From: Reichenbachiella sp. | GTDB taxonomy: Bacteria; Bacteroidota; Bacteroidia; Cytophagales; Cyclobacteriaceae | Assembly (NCBI RefSeq): GCF_039944555.1 | Contig: NZ_JBDUYN010000009.1 | Location: 128,404 to 192,403, forward strand | Length of the DNA: 64,000 nucleotides | Direction: 5' to 3' | Part shown: piece after piece, positions 49,108-59,500 of the stretch | Numbering within the stretch: the stretch's first letter is position 1 | How the letters are laid out: every line of letters begins with the position of its first letter | Program-made: the position numbers and the translations under genes | The notes under the pieces: model-generated | Seen by the model: only the letters and a program-made list of their open reading frames with translations | Told to the model about the DNA's origin: nothing | Databases searched by the model: none

Positions 49108-49230
49108 GAGTCGGTTTGTTTATTGGTTGATTTTAAATCGCAGAAGTCATCAAAAGTAAAAAAAAAATGATAATGATGATGACCTCGACAATTTTCATGC
49201 AACAAACACCTGTATTTGAAATTAGGAAGA

Positions 49231-52200
49231 ATGAAAAAACAATACCAACTTATACTTTTATTTATCTCCATTGGGAACCTTAATCTATTGGGACAAGGGA
49301 TGCCTGAGGTAATACCACCTTCACCCAATTCGGCATCTTTGGGAGAATATGGTAATATCCCTGTTGATAAATCCAGCGGGACACCCAATATATCCATACC
49401 GTTATACAACATACAAGTAGATGATATCAGTGTTCCCATTTCGATATCCTTCCATGCTTCAGGTCACAAAGTAGGCAGTCGTGCCAGTTGGGTTGGACTC
49501 GGATGGAGTCTGAATGCAGGTGGAGTAGTGACTCGGTCTATGAGAGGTAGACCAGATGAAAGCGGCTTTTTTTATAATATGTCAAATATAAAAAGCTGGG
49601 AGGACGATGGTCTAATGCCTTGGGTCTGGCTTGATCATACAGGAAATGATCCTGCAGTAATTGATTTGAAGCATAAGATGTTTAGCTACTATGCTCAAAG
49701 TTTTGACGTTCAGGCAGACATTTTTTATTACAACTTTCCAGGTGGGGCAGGCAAGTTCATGTTCAACCATGACGAGTCCATCACGCAATTTCCTTATCAA
49801 GATCTCAAAATAGTACCTACAGGTGTAGCTTTTTCCCAAAATGTCACCACCGGTGAGATCGGAGGTTTTGCTATCTCAGATATGAACGGAATACAATACA
49901 GTTTTGGTGAGGAAGAAGTGACAACGGTGAATTACCCCATTTCAAATACTGGTATTCCTAAAGATACATATCATTCAAGCTGGTACTTGACATCCATGTT
50001 TTCAAAGCGTAGCGGAAAGACTGTCTATTTTGGATATTCGGGAGGCATTAGCTTGGTGGATGATGTGGTGACTTCAGATTCTTATGTGGAGAGCATAAGC
50101 ATGACTGGATCGGATCATTCAGTTGACCCCCAAAGTAGCACATCATTACCAGTGACTTTAGCAAAGTACGTAGACAATATTGTTTGGGAAGGCGGTAAGA
50201 TTATTTTTTATAAGAGTTCTAATAGAGAAGATTTTCCAATAGGCGGACAACGACTCGATTCAGTCAAAGTACTTGACGTCAATGACCATGTGATCAAGTT
50301 CTTTGTTTTCGAGTATGACTATTTCTCAATTGGATCAGAAGCTGCTGATAAACATTTGAAATTGATCAGTGTAACCGAACGATCAGTAGATGGAGAGACG
50401 AACAAACCTCCACATTCGTTTGAATACATTGATGGTGTACCTTCCAGAACTTCCAAGGCGATGGATCATTTTGGGTACTACAATGCACAAGTCAATAATT
50501 TCACCTTGGTCCCATCTTTTGAGAATATCAACAATGTGACGGTGAACCTCGCAAATCGAGAACCCGGAAATGCCACTTCAAAAGTAGGCATGCTCAAAAG
50601 AATCATCTACCCTACCGGAGGCTCTTCGGAATTCGAGTATGAAGCACATGAATACACTACTGGTTCATCAAGTATTCCCTTTAATCAACTGGCCACTCGG
50701 GTAAGAGACGTGAGTGCTGAAAAATGTGATGTAAATGGCTTATTGTATTATGTAGGAGTTAATGGGTTAGAAGGGTTTCATTGTGAAGAAGTTCAGTCAG
50801 ATACCATCACCATTCCAAGCAATGCGAGAGCTAATAAGGTAGAAGTTACCGTTGGGTATGATCCGAATAATGCGCCAGCTATCACTCCTGGAGCACAAGA
50901 CTTTTATGTAAAAATATACCTGGTCGAAGGTGCAACAGAGACGTTAGTATTTAGTCACGAATACCTAAGCGATTTTTCTATAAATGATCTTTTGATAAAT
51001 GGAGGAGTTTATAGAATAGAAACAAAGACCGATGTGCTCGGCACACGAATTCGTGGAAGAATAACCGCGTGGTATGACGACACTTCGATAGCAACAGTTT
51101 ACCCTTCAGTATATACAGGCGGTATTAGGATTGCTAAAATAGGACATTACTCAGGCGATGGAAGATATAGAAAAATCAATTACGAGTACAATTTAGAATC
51201 AAATACACTCCAATCAAGTGGTATTAAGCTGTCTAAAGAACCCAGTTATTATTCTACCTATGAAAAATTCATAAACGGTACCGTTGGAGGTCAACGTATT
51301 ATACAACATTCTGCCAGCCCCAGCGGGTTACTAGGACATCTCAACGGTTCCCATATTATATATAAGGAAGTTGTGGAAAAAGAGAGTGGCAACGGATATA
51401 AAAGAACTGTTTTCAGCGCACAAACTGACGAACTCACACCATTTAACTTATACAGTCCTTCGAGCGCCGAAAGTGTCTCTTCTTTTTGGAAAAGGGGCCT
51501 TTTGCTAAAGGAAAAATCATTCGATGAATCAGGGAATGTCATTCAACAGATTGAGAATCATTACTCATACATTAAAAAGGATACTTCTCTATCGTTTGTT
51601 TTCGAACCTCATACGCTTCCGGGGATTGTGAAATGGAGTAAATATAGATATGCATTCAATAGACAAGTGTCAGGTTGGGCCCGGTTGGACAGCACGGTAG
51701 AAACTTACGCTGACCATACAAAAGACTTGATTAAGAAGACTCACTATGGTTATGAACCTGACATTGCACTTATTCTACCCACATCAATGGAATATGAACT
51801 CGGCAGCGCATTGGATTACAAAGAAACCACCACCTACCTTAATGATAGGATCAATCATGTGATTAGTCCGGTGACAGAAAAACGTGTGTTTAATGAAAAC
51901 GATCAACTGCTTTATTTGAATAAGAGCATTTACAATTCGAATTTCAAGTTGACCAACTCTCAGGTTTTCAATGCTTCCAATGAACTCACCAAAGAAGTGG
52001 TTTTCTCGAATTTCAATGGATTGAAACCATCTTTTGTTCAGGAGTCAAATGGTATCAATACGGTGTACCTCTGGAGCTATGGCAAGTCTTATCCAATAGC
52101 AAAAATCCTAAACGCGACGTATAGCGAGGTGGAGACGGCAGTTGGAGCAGTATTCATAGCGGATTTAGCCGCTGACAACCAACAATCTGTGATTGACACA

Positions 52201-52416
52201 AAGCTGACCACTTTGAGAGCAATTGTAGACAGTAACCTACCCGCTGCTCAGCTAACAACTTATACCTATAAACATGGCGTCGGCATGACATCAGTCACTG
52301 ACCCCAATGACCGGACAACAACCTATGAATACGACAAATTCAATCGTCTGAAAAATGTATTCGATCAAAAGGGCAACCTTATTAAAGCAAATAAATACCA
52401 CTATATCAATCAATAA
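49231..52416 (+). CDS. Secreted Rhs/YD-repeat-associated protein (component A)
   Basis: Signal peptide (MKKQYQLILLFISIGNLNLLGQ, ATG 49231); PPSPNSASLGEYGNIPV..SG.PNISIPLY; ASWVGLGWSLNAGGVVTR; YD-like end TTYEYDKFNRL...GNLIK..KYHY. Confidence 0.82.
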   Translation: MKKQYQLILLFISIGNLNLLGQGMPEVIPPSPNSASLGEYGNIPVDKSSGTPNISIPLYNIQVDDISVPISISFHASGHKVGSRASWVGLGWSLNAGGVVTRSMRGRPDESGFFYNMSNIKSWEDDGLMPWVWLDHTGNDPAVIDLKHKMFSYYAQSFDVQADIFYYNFPGGAGKFMFNHDESITQFPYQDLKIVPTGVAFSQNVTTGEIGGFAISDMNGIQYSFGEEEVTTVNYPISNTGIPKDTYHSSWYLTSMFSKRSGKTVYFGYSGGISLVDDVVTSDSYVESISMTGSDHSVDPQSSTSLPVTLAKYVDNIVWEGGKIIFYKSSNREDFPIGGQRLDSVKVLDVNDHVIKFFVFEYDYFSIGSEAADKHLKLISVTERSVDGETNKPPHSFEYIDGVPSRTSKAMDHFGYYNAQVNNFTLVPSFENINNVTVNLANREPGNATSKVGMLKRIIYPTGGSSEFEYEAHEYTTGSSSIPFNQLATRVRDVSAEKCDVNGLLYYVGVNGLEGFHCEEVQSDTITIPSNARANKVEVTVGYDPNNAPAITPGAQDFYVKIYLVEGATETLVFSHEYLSDFSINDLLINGGVYRIETKTDVLGTRIRGRITAWYDDTSIATVYPSVYTGGIRIAKIGHYSGDGRYRKINYEYNLESNTLQSSGIKLSKEPSYYSTYEKFINGTVGGQRIIQHSASPSGLLGHLNGSHIIYKEVVEKESGNGYKRTVFSAQTDELTPFNLYSPSSAESVSSFWKRGLLLKEKSFDESGNVIQQIENHYSYIKKDTSLSFVFEPHTLPGIVKWSKYRYAFNRQVSGWARLDSTVETYADHTKDLIKKTHYGYEPDIALILPTSMEYELGSALDYKETTTYLNDRINHVISPVTEKRVFNENDQLLYLNKSIYNSNFKLTNSQVFNASNELTKEVVFSNFNGLKPSFVQESNGINTVYLWSYGKSYPIAKILNATYSEVETAVGAVFIADLAADNQQSVIDTKLTTLRAIVDSNLPAAQLTTYTYKHGVGMTSVTDPNDRTTTYEYDKFNRLKNVFDQKGNLIKANKYHYINQ

Positions 52417-52417
52417 A

Positions 52418-55400
52418 ATGAATCGATTAAACAAAAAAAACTATTTATTAGTCTTACTAATATTTATCTGTGGTGTTTCATTTGGACAGCTTCCGCCTCC
52501 ATCGGGTGGCGGAAGTGGAGGTAGCATATTTGGACATACAGCAGTTTGTCAGTCCACGGCTTACAATTACGCCTCTACGTCAAACAATGGACCATATATC
52601 TGGACTGTTGATGGAGGATATATTGATGGTCCTTCGAATGGTAGTGGAATATCAGTAGTATGGACCAATACTACTTCAGGAAGCATAAATGTCTCTCATG
52701 GTAGTGGTTCTGCTAATTTAAATGTAGTCATTACCGGTAAAGTCTCAGGAGGCGTTAGTGGTACCTCATCAATATGTTATAACACATCCACTACCTTAAC
52801 GACTGGAGTCAGCTCAATCGTACGCTGGGAAAAATCTACGAATGGAGGGTCTACATGGTCCACAATAAGTCATACAGCAGCTAGTTACAATACAGGAAAT
52901 CTAATAACCACAACACAATACAAGGTAATCTACAGTTCAGGAGGTTGTGCAGAGAGAGAAACATCTCCAAAAACGGTATCTGTAAGTAGTGCTTTAGTAG
53001 CAGGCTCAATTTCGGGAGGAAAAAGTATCAATTATGATTCGCCCGGAGGGACATTAGGCAATACGGCCAGTGGCAGTGGAGGATCTACCTATCAATGGCA
53101 AAAACAAGAATCCGGACAAGCTGGCTTTAGTAACATCTCAGGTGCAACCGGATCTACTTATAACCCAGGCCATGTCACCATTACAACGAGTTACAGAAGA
53201 GCGTACTCTGGTAGCTGCGGTACAGTATATTCTAATACGCAAACGATCTCGGTGAACGTAGTTCCGGGGTTTGGAGGTAATGGCATCTTTGGTAGAGAAG
53301 CAGTTTGTCAGTCCTCCGCATACAATTATGCGGCAATGTCTAATAGCGGTCCTTACATATGGACAGTTTCAGGAGGCCATATCAATGGCTCATCGAGTGG
53401 CAGTGGAATCTCAGTAACCTGGACCCATCCTACTTCTGGAAGCCTTCACCTGTCTTATGATAACGGCAATGGTTCAGCTAATATGAATGTAAATATTACG
53501 AGTAAAGTATCAGGAGGTATCAATGGAACTTCAACCCTATGTTACAATACGGGGACTACATTAACTACAACAGTAGGATCTATAGTCCGCTGGGAAAAAT
53601 CTACGAACGGAGGATCCACTTGGTCTGCGATAAATAATACCACTGGTAGTTACCCTACAGGAAATTTAACAGCAACAACAAAATACAGAGTGATCTATAA
53701 CTCCGGTAGTTGTGCGGAAAGAGAAACAGGAATAAAAACAATAGCGATTGATAATCCTATGACTCCGGGCTCAATTTCTGGTAGTAAAAGTATTAGCTAT
53801 AATACTTCCGGAGGAACCATGGGCAATTCGCAAAGTGGTAGCGGAGGTCATGGAACATCAACCTATCAATGGCAAAAACAAGAGGTTGGACAATCAGGTT
53901 TCAGCAACATATCAGGAGCTACCTCTTCTACCTATGGACCCGGTAATGTTACGATTACAACGAACTATAGAAGGGGGTATTCAAATAGTTGCGGAACAAT
54001 TTATTCAAACACACAAACGATTACCGTCAATGTAATTCCAGGATTTGGTGGTAATGGCATCTTTGGTAGAGAAGCAGTTTGCCAATCTACTGCTTATAAC
54101 TACGCAGCAATGTCTGATACCGGGCCTTACCTATGGACAATTTCAGGAGGTCATATCAATGGTTCATCGAGCGGTAGTGGAATCTCAGTAATCTGGACCA
54201 ATGGCACAACAGGAAGCCTTCACCTGTCTTATGATAATGGCAATGGTTCAGCCAATATGAGTGTGAATATTACGAGTAAAGTATCAGGAGGCATCAGCGG
54301 TACTTCAACCCTATGTTACGATACGGGGACTACATTAACTACAACAGTAGGATCAATAGTCCGCTGGGAAAAATCAACCAATGGAGGATCTACCTGGTCT
54401 GCGATAAATAATACCACTGGCAGTTACCCTACAGGAAATTTAACTACAACAACAAAATACAGGGTGATCTATAACTCCGGTAGTTGTGCGGAAAGAGAAA
54501 CAGGAGTAAAAACGATAACTGTGAGCAATGTTCTTGCACCAGGAATAATCAATGGAACTCAAACGATTAATTACAATACGTCAGCCAGCACATTAGGCAA
54601 TCATACAAGTGCGAGCGGCGGTCATGGAACATCAACCTATCAATGGCAGAAAAAGGAGGAAGGAGAAGGTGGCTTTACCAATATTCTCGGGGCAACCGCA
54701 GCAAATTACAATCCTGGAAATGTTACGATTACAACGCACTATAGAAGAGGTTATACTAATAGCTGTGGAACGATCTATTCAAATGAACAATCGGTTGTCA
54801 TCAATGTAATTCCGGGGAACGATATTTTTGGACAAGACAGTGTGTGCCAACTTAGTACGTATAATTATGCAGCCATGTCAGCCACCGGCCCCTATATTTG
54901 GACGGTTTCGGGAGGTTATATTGATGGCCCATCAGGAGGAAGTCAAATATCAGTAGTTTGGACCCATGCTACTTCTGGAAGCCTTCATGTATCTTATGAT
55001 AACGGCAATGGTTCAGCAAACCTAAATGTAAATATTGGCCTCAAAGTAAACGGAAACATTGGTGGAGAATCCAATATATGTTATAACACTTCGACAAACT
55101 TAACAACCGCAGTAACCCCTATAGTTCGTTGGGAAAAATCAACCAGTGGAGGATCGACCTGGTCACAGATAAACCATATCGCAGGTAGTTATCCAACGGG
55201 GAATTTAACGAATACAACACTGTACAAAGTGATCTCCGGCGGGGTTTGCTCAGAAGCAGAAACAGCAGTACATACAGTAAATGTAGATGCCCTGACCGTT
55301 CCGGGAACACTTTCAGGTGGAGATGAAGCTTTTGGCGAAAAAAGTGGAACACTCAACTTAGAAGGAGAAACCGGAGCTGTTATGAGATGGGAAAAGAAAG

Positions 55401-56566
55401 AAGCTGGAGGAAACTGGCAAACCGTTTCCAATACGACTACTACCCTAACCTATGCCAATGTAACGACTACCACTGAATACAGAGCCATTGTGAAAAATGG
55501 TGACTGCTCCGAACTGGAATCAGGGATAGCCACTGTTACCATTTATGACATACCAACCATAAACATCACAGGAGATACAGAAATACACTTCGGAGACAGT
55601 GTGATACTGAGTACAAATTCAGGGTATTATTCTTATCAATGGATCAAAGACGGAGTCGATCTCTCAGGCAAAACAACGACTGATCTAGTGGTCAGAATTC
55701 CCGCTTCTTACAAATTAAGAGTAGAAGCTACCAATGGAGGAATCACCTATACCACCGAAGAGGTTACGGTGACCGAAGCGATTGTCAATCAAAACAGAAA
55801 TTATATCACTACTATTGATATATATAAACCTGAGATCGCCCATCAAGACCAACTCTTTGACTTGAATGCTGAAGACTTGCAGGTAACCACCGCCTACTTT
55901 GATGGTTTAGGAAGAACCATACAATCTGTATCCCTGGGAAGCTCACCAAATGGAAAAGATGTCGTTCAACCTGTCGTATACGATCAATACGGCAGACAAA
56001 CAAAGAATTATCTACCCTATGTAAAAGACGAACGGACCGGGACATTTATTGATAATGTAGTAGACACACCTGCTCAACAATATACAGGAAGCCTACATCA
56101 GCTGTTTTATCAAAATGAAATAAACGTTGCCACTGACAATCGTCCTTTCAGCGAAACGGTATATGAAGCCTCTCCACTGAATAGAATAGATAAACAATAT
56201 GGCCCTGGTGAAGACTGGAAAAAGGCAGGAATAGATAGGCCGATCAGTTACACATATGAAGTCAACAATATTACTGATAGCGTAAAACTGTGGGTACTTA
56301 CTGCAAATATGCCAGTAACAACCGCCAATTATGAGGCGGGTGAACTTTACAAAAATGTGACTACAGACGAAGAAACTCATCAAGTGATCGAGTTTACAGA
56401 TAAGCTCGGAAGAACAGTCCTTAAACGCGTGGAAGCTCCTGATACAGACAACCATGCGGTCACCAAAGAATGGGCAGACACTTACTACGTGTACGATGAC
56501 TTTGGCAACCTGCGATTTGTATTGCCACCAGAAGCGATCAATAATCTTGATCAATACAATAATTAA
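52418..56566 (+). CDS. Secreted Ig/PKD-like repeat protein ending in the N-terminal (DUF6443) part of an Rhs core (component B1)
   Basis: ATG 52418, 1 nt after the component A stop, with signal peptide ..GVSFGQ; tandem Ser/Thr/Gly-rich modules; YFDGLGRTIQ, DVVQPVVYDQYGRQ..YLPY, YEASPLNR, TYYVYDDFGNLRFVLPP then stop. Confidence 0.85.
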   Translation: MNRLNKKNYLLVLLIFICGVSFGQLPPPSGGGSGGSIFGHTAVCQSTAYNYASTSNNGPYIWTVDGGYIDGPSNGSGISVVWTNTTSGSINVSHGSGSANLNVVITGKVSGGVSGTSSICYNTSTTLTTGVSSIVRWEKSTNGGSTWSTISHTAASYNTGNLITTTQYKVIYSSGGCAERETSPKTVSVSSALVAGSISGGKSINYDSPGGTLGNTASGSGGSTYQWQKQESGQAGFSNISGATGSTYNPGHVTITTSYRRAYSGSCGTVYSNTQTISVNVVPGFGGNGIFGREAVCQSSAYNYAAMSNSGPYIWTVSGGHINGSSSGSGISVTWTHPTSGSLHLSYDNGNGSANMNVNITSKVSGGINGTSTLCYNTGTTLTTTVGSIVRWEKSTNGGSTWSAINNTTGSYPTGNLTATTKYRVIYNSGSCAERETGIKTIAIDNPMTPGSISGSKSISYNTSGGTMGNSQSGSGGHGTSTYQWQKQEVGQSGFSNISGATSSTYGPGNVTITTNYRRGYSNSCGTIYSNTQTITVNVIPGFGGNGIFGREAVCQSTAYNYAAMSDTGPYLWTISGGHINGSSSGSGISVIWTNGTTGSLHLSYDNGNGSANMSVNITSKVSGGISGTSTLCYDTGTTLTTTVGSIVRWEKSTNGGSTWSAINNTTGSYPTGNLTTTTKYRVIYNSGSCAERETGVKTITVSNVLAPGIINGTQTINYNTSASTLGNHTSASGGHGTSTYQWQKKEEGEGGFTNILGATAANYNPGNVTITTHYRRGYTNSCGTIYSNEQSVVINVIPGNDIFGQDSVCQLSTYNYAAMSATGPYIWTVSGGYIDGPSGGSQISVVWTHATSGSLHVSYDNGNGSANLNVNIGLKVNGNIGGESNICYNTSTNLTTAVTPIVRWEKSTSGGSTWSQINHIAGSYPTGNLTNTTLYKVISGGVCSEAETAVHTVNVDALTVPGTLSGGDEAFGEKSGTLNLEGETGAVMRWEKKEAGGNWQTVSNTTTTLTYANVTTTTEYRAIVKNGDCSELESGIATVTIYDIPTINITGDTEIHFGDSVILSTNSGYYSYQWIKDGVDLSGKTTTDLVVRIPASYKLRVEATNGGITYTTEEVTVTEAIVNQNRNYITTIDIYKPEIAHQDQLFDLNAEDLQVTTAYFDGLGRTIQSVSLGSSPNGKDVVQPVVYDQYGRQTKNYLPYVKDERTGTFIDNVVDTPAQQYTGSLHQLFYQNEINVATDNRPFSETVYEASPLNRIDKQYGPGEDWKKAGIDRPISYTYEVNNITDSVKLWVLTANMPVTTANYEAGELYKNVTTDEETHQVIEFTDKLGRTVLKRVEAPDTDNHAVTKEWADTYYVYDDFGNLRFVLPPEAINNLDQYNN
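52526..55290 (+). repeat. Tandem ~255 aa three-module repeats (3 full plus a partial fourth)
   Basis: Unit starts at 52526, 53285, 54059 and 54824 (periods 759, 774, 765 bp); units 2 and 3 share long identical stretches. Confidence 0.88.
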
Positions 56567-56594
56567 TAAGCCAGTCTATAAAGAACATATACAG

Positions 56595-59500
56595 ATGAGA
56601 AACTTATACATATTATCACTAGTTGTTAGTTTATTGGCAATTGGCAAAAATTCTAAGGCCCAATCACCATCTAATGACGAGAAAATCAATGCTCAAGAGC
56701 TAACTCAAAAAAACAACTGGTGCAGTGCTTCGGGTGCTTATACGACCACAGCTGCCACTGGTAGTCTAAGTGGCACCTGCGATGGCAGTATCTATAAGGA
56801 TGTATGGTTTAAATTCCAGGCCCAGACTCCATTTATCGATATAGGTTTGACCATGGTAGGTTTGCGTTACGGTACCATAGTTTTACAGGACGCTGGTGGT
56901 GTTGAGGTAGGATGTAAAGCCGGCTCGAGTAGTGGAATAGTTGAATATATTGGTGAAGCATTGACCGTAGGTGATTGGTACTATGTTTCTATAGGTAGCG
57001 GACGTTCTAGCAACTCATATAATGGTACTTTCACCCTCTGTGTCAATGACCAGGCACCATTTGATTATAAGGTTGGAGCAGTTGAGTTAACAAATTTGAA
57101 CAGCTGGTGTAGTACGACCAATGAATATACTACAGTTGGAGCCACAGGTAGCTCTACCATGAGTTGTGATGGCAGTAATTACGATGATGTCTGGTTCAAG
57201 TTCCAAGCCCAGACCGAGTTTATAGCTATCGATTTAACACAAGGCACGATAGATTATTCCAGACTTGCTTTACAAGATAGTCAGGGCAATGAGATCGGTT
57301 GTGCATCAAGTAACTATGGTTATGGGACAACCATATCAATAGTAGAAGAATCCTTGGTGATTGGTGAATGGTATTATATTTCAGTTGGAGACCGGTCATC
57401 AGCCTCTATCTATAATGGTACTTTCACCCTCTGTGTCAATGACCAGATACCATTTGATTATAAGGCAGGAGCAATTGAGTTAACAAATTTGAACAATTGG
57501 TGCAGTGATACCAACGCATACACCAATGTAGGAGCCACAGGTAGCTCTATTATTAGTTGTGATGGCAGCAATTATGACGATGTTTGGTTCAAGTTTCAAG
57601 CCCAGACCGAGTTTATAGCAATCGATTTAACACAAGGCACGATAGATTATTCCAGACTTGTTTTACAAGACAGTCAGGGCAATGAGGTTGGTTGTGCATC
57701 CAGTAATTATAGTAGCGGGATTACAATATCAATAGTGGAAGAATCCTTAATTATTGGTGAATGGTATTATATATCAGTTGGAGACCGGTCATCAGCCACT
57801 ATCTACAACGGTACTTTCACACTCTGCGTCAATGACCAGGCACCATTTGATTATAAGGTCGGAGCAGTTGAACTTACAAGTTTGAACAATTGGTGTAGCG
57901 GCACAAACGAGTACAGTACAGAAAATGCTACAGGGACATTAAGCGCAAGTTGTGATGCGAGTATGTACAATGATGTTTGGTTTAAGTTCACTGCTCAATC
58001 AACAGATGTGGACATCAGCATGACCCCGGGCACATTAGGCAATGCCAAACTAGTTTTGCAAGATGTTCAGGGCAGCGAGATTGCTTGTAAGGAAGCTGGG
58101 AATCTATCAATAGTTTCTACAAATCTATCTATAGGTGCGGTATACTATTTGGCTGTTGCTAGTAATTATTCGAGCGGGAGTGATCGAGGTACATTTTCTT
58201 TATGCATTGATAACCAGAATGGTGACACACCAGATTATTTAGAAATCTCGGCCCTCAAAGACCTTTACGAAAGTACTAACGGAGCTACCGATTGGACTGA
58301 TAAGTCTGGCTGGCCGACTAGTGAAGCTGAATGGAATACCATCACCAATGTGAATCAAACAACTGGTTGGAAAGGAGTCTCAGTAGTAGCAGAAGATATC
58401 ACCGGAATAGATTTACCCGGCAACAATCTAACAGGTACATTACCAACGGCTATAGGCGATTTGAAAAAGTTACAGTATATCTATATGAATGATAACGCCA
58501 TTGCAGGATCAATACCAGCCAGCATAGGGAATCTAAAGGCACTCTTATATTTAATTCTAAATGGAAATAGCCTTGATGACCAACTACCGGATGAATTGGG
58601 TGATTTGGAGTCATTGAAGAGTTTATACCTTCATGATAATTTATTTAGTGGAACGCTTCCTACCACCCTAGGCAACTTATCCAATCTTCAACTTTTATAT
58701 ATCCGCGGTGGAACCATCTCTGGAATTATCCCTTCCAGTTTTACTAATTTAACAGCATTGAGATTGTTGTTTATTGCTAATTGTGATATTGGAGGAGAGT
58801 TACCCGCCTTTTTAGGAGACTTGTCCGAACTGTATTACATCTACATTGGCCAAACCAATGTAGTTGGTAGTATTCCTGATCACTGGCAGAACCTTAACAA
58901 ACTACAACACCTTTATCTATTCAGTAATCCTGGTGTGACAGGCAATGTCCCCGATTGGTTGGGAAACTTAAGTGGAATGGTTACCATTCATTTGGGAAAC
59001 AACTCTATGATAGGCTCCATCCCAGAATCTTTAACCAATTTATCAGATTTACGATATCTCTATTTACATAAAAATCAATTGACCGGAAAAATCCCGGAAA
59101 ATATAGGAAATTTAACAAATCTTGTAAACCTCTATTTATCCGATAATCAGCTTACTGGAAATATCCCTACTTCCTTAGGTAATGCTTCGAAATTACAATA
59201 TCTATACGTGCAAAATAATCAATTGACAGGTGCCCTTCCTACCTCATTGAGTAATTTGACCTCTTTGAAGAACTTTCATGCTTATGGAAATAACCTAACT
59301 GAAGATATAGGGGTTGATTTCAATATGATGCCTTCATTGGTTTCTATGTACTTATATGACAATAAGTTCTCTTCCATCCCCAATTTGAGTACACATACCA
59401 ATGCGGCTAACCTGAACTTTAAAATAGAGAACAACAACATCCCCTATGCAGATATAGAAAACAATCTGACAGGAACAAACACACATAATTTCAAAACCTT

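Noticed and set aside
52355-52417. ORF-track N-terminal extension of Rhs component B1
   Set aside because: It overlaps the end of component A; ATG 52418 directly precedes a signal peptide.
56454-56594. ORF-track extension of B2, which could suggest a programmed frameshift fusing B1 and B2
   Set aside because: The 47 codons look non-coding, I see no slippery site, and ATG 56595 opens a typical signal peptide. A low-level frameshift cannot be excluded without proteomics.
52526-58215. Tandem repeats as a CRISPR array or mobile element
   Set aside because: The units are hundreds of bp, in frame and protein-coding, with no spacers, cas genes or transposase.
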